Assembly (NCBI RefSeq): GCF_006345805.1
Contig: NC_043000.1
Coordinates: 11,284,001 to 11,348,000, forward strand
Length of the DNA: 64,000 nt
Direction of reading: 5' to 3'
DNA from: Octopus sinensis
Lineage: Eukaryota
A program made the position numbers and the translations under genes. Under the pieces are notes generated by a model. The model was not told where the DNA came from. It saw only the letters and a program-made list of their open reading frames with translations, and ran no database searches. How positions within the stretch are numbered: the stretch's first letter is position 1; each line of letters opens with the position of its first letter. This document shows, piece after piece, positions 62,016 to 64,000 of this stretch.

Positions 62016-63119
62016 AATTAATACAATATATCTGATTAATAATATCCGTTATGATTGTGCGATGGTGGTGTGCAATAATAATTCACCGTTCTAAAAGACC
62101 TGTCGTGAGAATATTTAAACATTTGCGGCTGTCAATGCTTTCTCAATAGATACAGACAGACATACTGTAAGAGTGGTGGTGGAAGAAAGAGTGACAAAGA
62201 GACGAAGCTGTCAAACGTCGTTATAGAGAGAGAACAAATCACTCTTTTTGCTATAGCAACCACTTAGCTTGCGAATTTTAACCATCGCGGGTCTCATCCG
62301 CACCACGCATTTAGTATCCCTGCCAATTTTCAGCTCGATCCTAGCATCGGTTTGGCAGCCATTAGCCGTCAAAGCAAAATGTGCATACAATTTTAGTCCA
62401 AGGACTGTTTTGTAGATATAGAGATAAACAATGAATTGGGTTATTTCCCTTGAATGTTTAAAGACAATATTGTGTAGAGGGTATGAGTTATTTCCCTTGA
62501 GTTTAAAAAAAATAGTTATATAAGGTATATATAAAGGTCCCTTCCATTGCAAAATTAGGTTACTTAGTAAATAATGTGGAGGTGTTGGTATGTGTGCATA
62601 GGAAAAAACCTGAGGGATAAAGTCAAAGGGTATATAGTTGAAAGAGCCTAGAATTGGAAAGGGTGGTGAGGAGGTGAACAATGTGTCAGGTTGTAATTAA
62701 GGATATTAGTAGTGAACAGAGGTTATAAGTAACTTGGCCTTGAAGATAATGCTGGTGTCACATAAAAAGCATCGGTTCTGGTGTTATGTTAAAAGCACCC
62801 AGTATACTCTGTAAAGTGGTTGGCATTAGAAAGGGCATGCAGCTGTGGAAAGCATGCCAAAAGAGACAATGGAGAGTGATTTGGGTCCTGTCCTTGCCAG
62901 CTCCTGTCAAACTGTTTAGGCCATGTCAGCATGGAAACCGACATAAAATGAAGCTGATTATATTGACTGATACATAACACGTGAACAAAAGACAGGATAA
63001 TCATGGATGTAATGTTTTTGATCATAAGTTTGTTCAATCAGGTCTGATCTTAGGCTAAAGTGTATTGATAAATGCTGTTCCTCATGAAAGAAGAATGTTA
63101 ATGTCCACTATTCTGTAGT

Positions 63120-63442
63120 TTTTCTGTGCCGGTGGCACATAAAAAGCACCATCCGAACGTGGCCGTTGCCAGCGCCGCCTTGGCTGGCTTCCGTGCCGGT
63201 GGCACGTTAAAAGCTCCAACCGATCGTGGCCGATGCCGGACCCCCCTGGCACCTGTGCAGGTGGCACGTAAAAAGCACCCACTACACTCTTGGAGTGGTT
63301 GGCGTTAGGAAGGGCATCCATCTGTAGAAACTCTGCCAGATCAGACTGGAGCCTGGTGCAGGCCCTGGCTTCCCAGACCCCGGTCGAACCGTCCAACCCG
63401 TGCTAGCGCGGAAAACAGACGTTAAACGATGATGATGATGAT
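63120..63442 (+). mobile_element. Young RTE-tail-type retroposon in the ZNF-F intron
   Basis: (GAT)n tail; absent from the paralogous ZNF-E intron at ~49875. Confidence 0.85.
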
Positions 63443-63958
63443 GTACACAATATGAAGGTGCCACTGTAGTTTACAAATATGTAGATTTCCTACAATTTTA
63501 TAGGACATAATTTGTTTCTCAATATAGAAATGTTGTTAAATTTCCATGTTTATCTATCCCTTATTTCTTATATTGTTTCTTTGTTATTTCAGATTAACAG
63601 ATGACATTGGCATAAAAGAAGTTTTTTACATTGGATATATCTTCTATATTTATCATCTCTTGAAGATTAAAGAGAATGTTATACAGAAAAGACATAATCC
63701 TTTTATGATAAATCTGTGGCAGGATCACTGTGAAGTACTTGCTCTTGGCTGAGATTAACAGCAATATTTCTGTTTGAATTCTAACTAAACTCGGATGAAT
63801 TTGTTAGAGTTCTGAGAATATTAGATTTCAGAAGATTATAGCTGACAAGAGTGGAAATATTTGTAAAGAATATACTGTAACTCAAAATAGAAAACTCAAA
63901 CTAAATACAATACAGTAGACAATTTAAAATATTTGATCTATTTTTGTCCATTGAAGAG

Positions 63959-64000
63959 ATGCCGAAAGCTATACATAATTCATCATCTTGTGATATCTGT
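63959..64000 (+). CDS. Start of a sixth C2H2 zinc-finger gene, ZNF-F (runs off the window)
   Basis: GAAGAG ATG CCG AAA...TGT GAT ATC TGT (MPKAIHNSSSCDIC); 62990-63960 is strongly homologous to the ZNF-E upstream region; acceptor at 63592. Confidence 0.7.
   Translation, partial: MPKAIHNSSSCDIC

Noticed and set aside
62211-62681. 156-aa minus-strand ORF
   Set aside because: Low-information composition with no recognisable motif; probably a repeat interior.

Overview
AT-rich eukaryotic genomic DNA, inferred to be a cephalopod (Octopus-type) C2H2 zinc-finger gene cluster. The inference rests on effector-less poly-zinc-finger genes and tRNA/CORE-type SINE families; no database was searched. There are five full-length single-coding-exon poly-C2H2 ORFs, labelled ZNF-A 3121 +, ZNF-B 12955 +, ZNF-C 28621 +, ZNF-D 44545 - and ZNF-E 50461 +, plus the first 14 codons of a sixth (ZNF-F, 63959 +). 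All six share a 3' splice acceptor (TTATTTCAG|ATT) upstream of the ATG. A to E also share a non-coding exon 1 ending in a GTAAGTTGAC donor. ZNF-D and ZNF-E are head-to-head around a ~1.2 kb block that recurs upstream of ZNF-B (inverted, with an orphan partner exon) and ZNF-C, suggesting a duplicated bidirectional-promoter cassette. Three genes have lesions in terminal fingers. The intergenic space is dense with TE remnants: Gypsy, Penelope, RTE, CR1, HERO-like RLE, mariner, hAT, piggyBac, Helitron, MITEs and several SINE families. It also holds a 4.2 kb tandem duplication. The most unusual items are a CR1 insertion whose 5' end carries a 40-nt copy of the host gene's own finger 16, and two inverted type-I hammerhead-ribozyme-like motifs.
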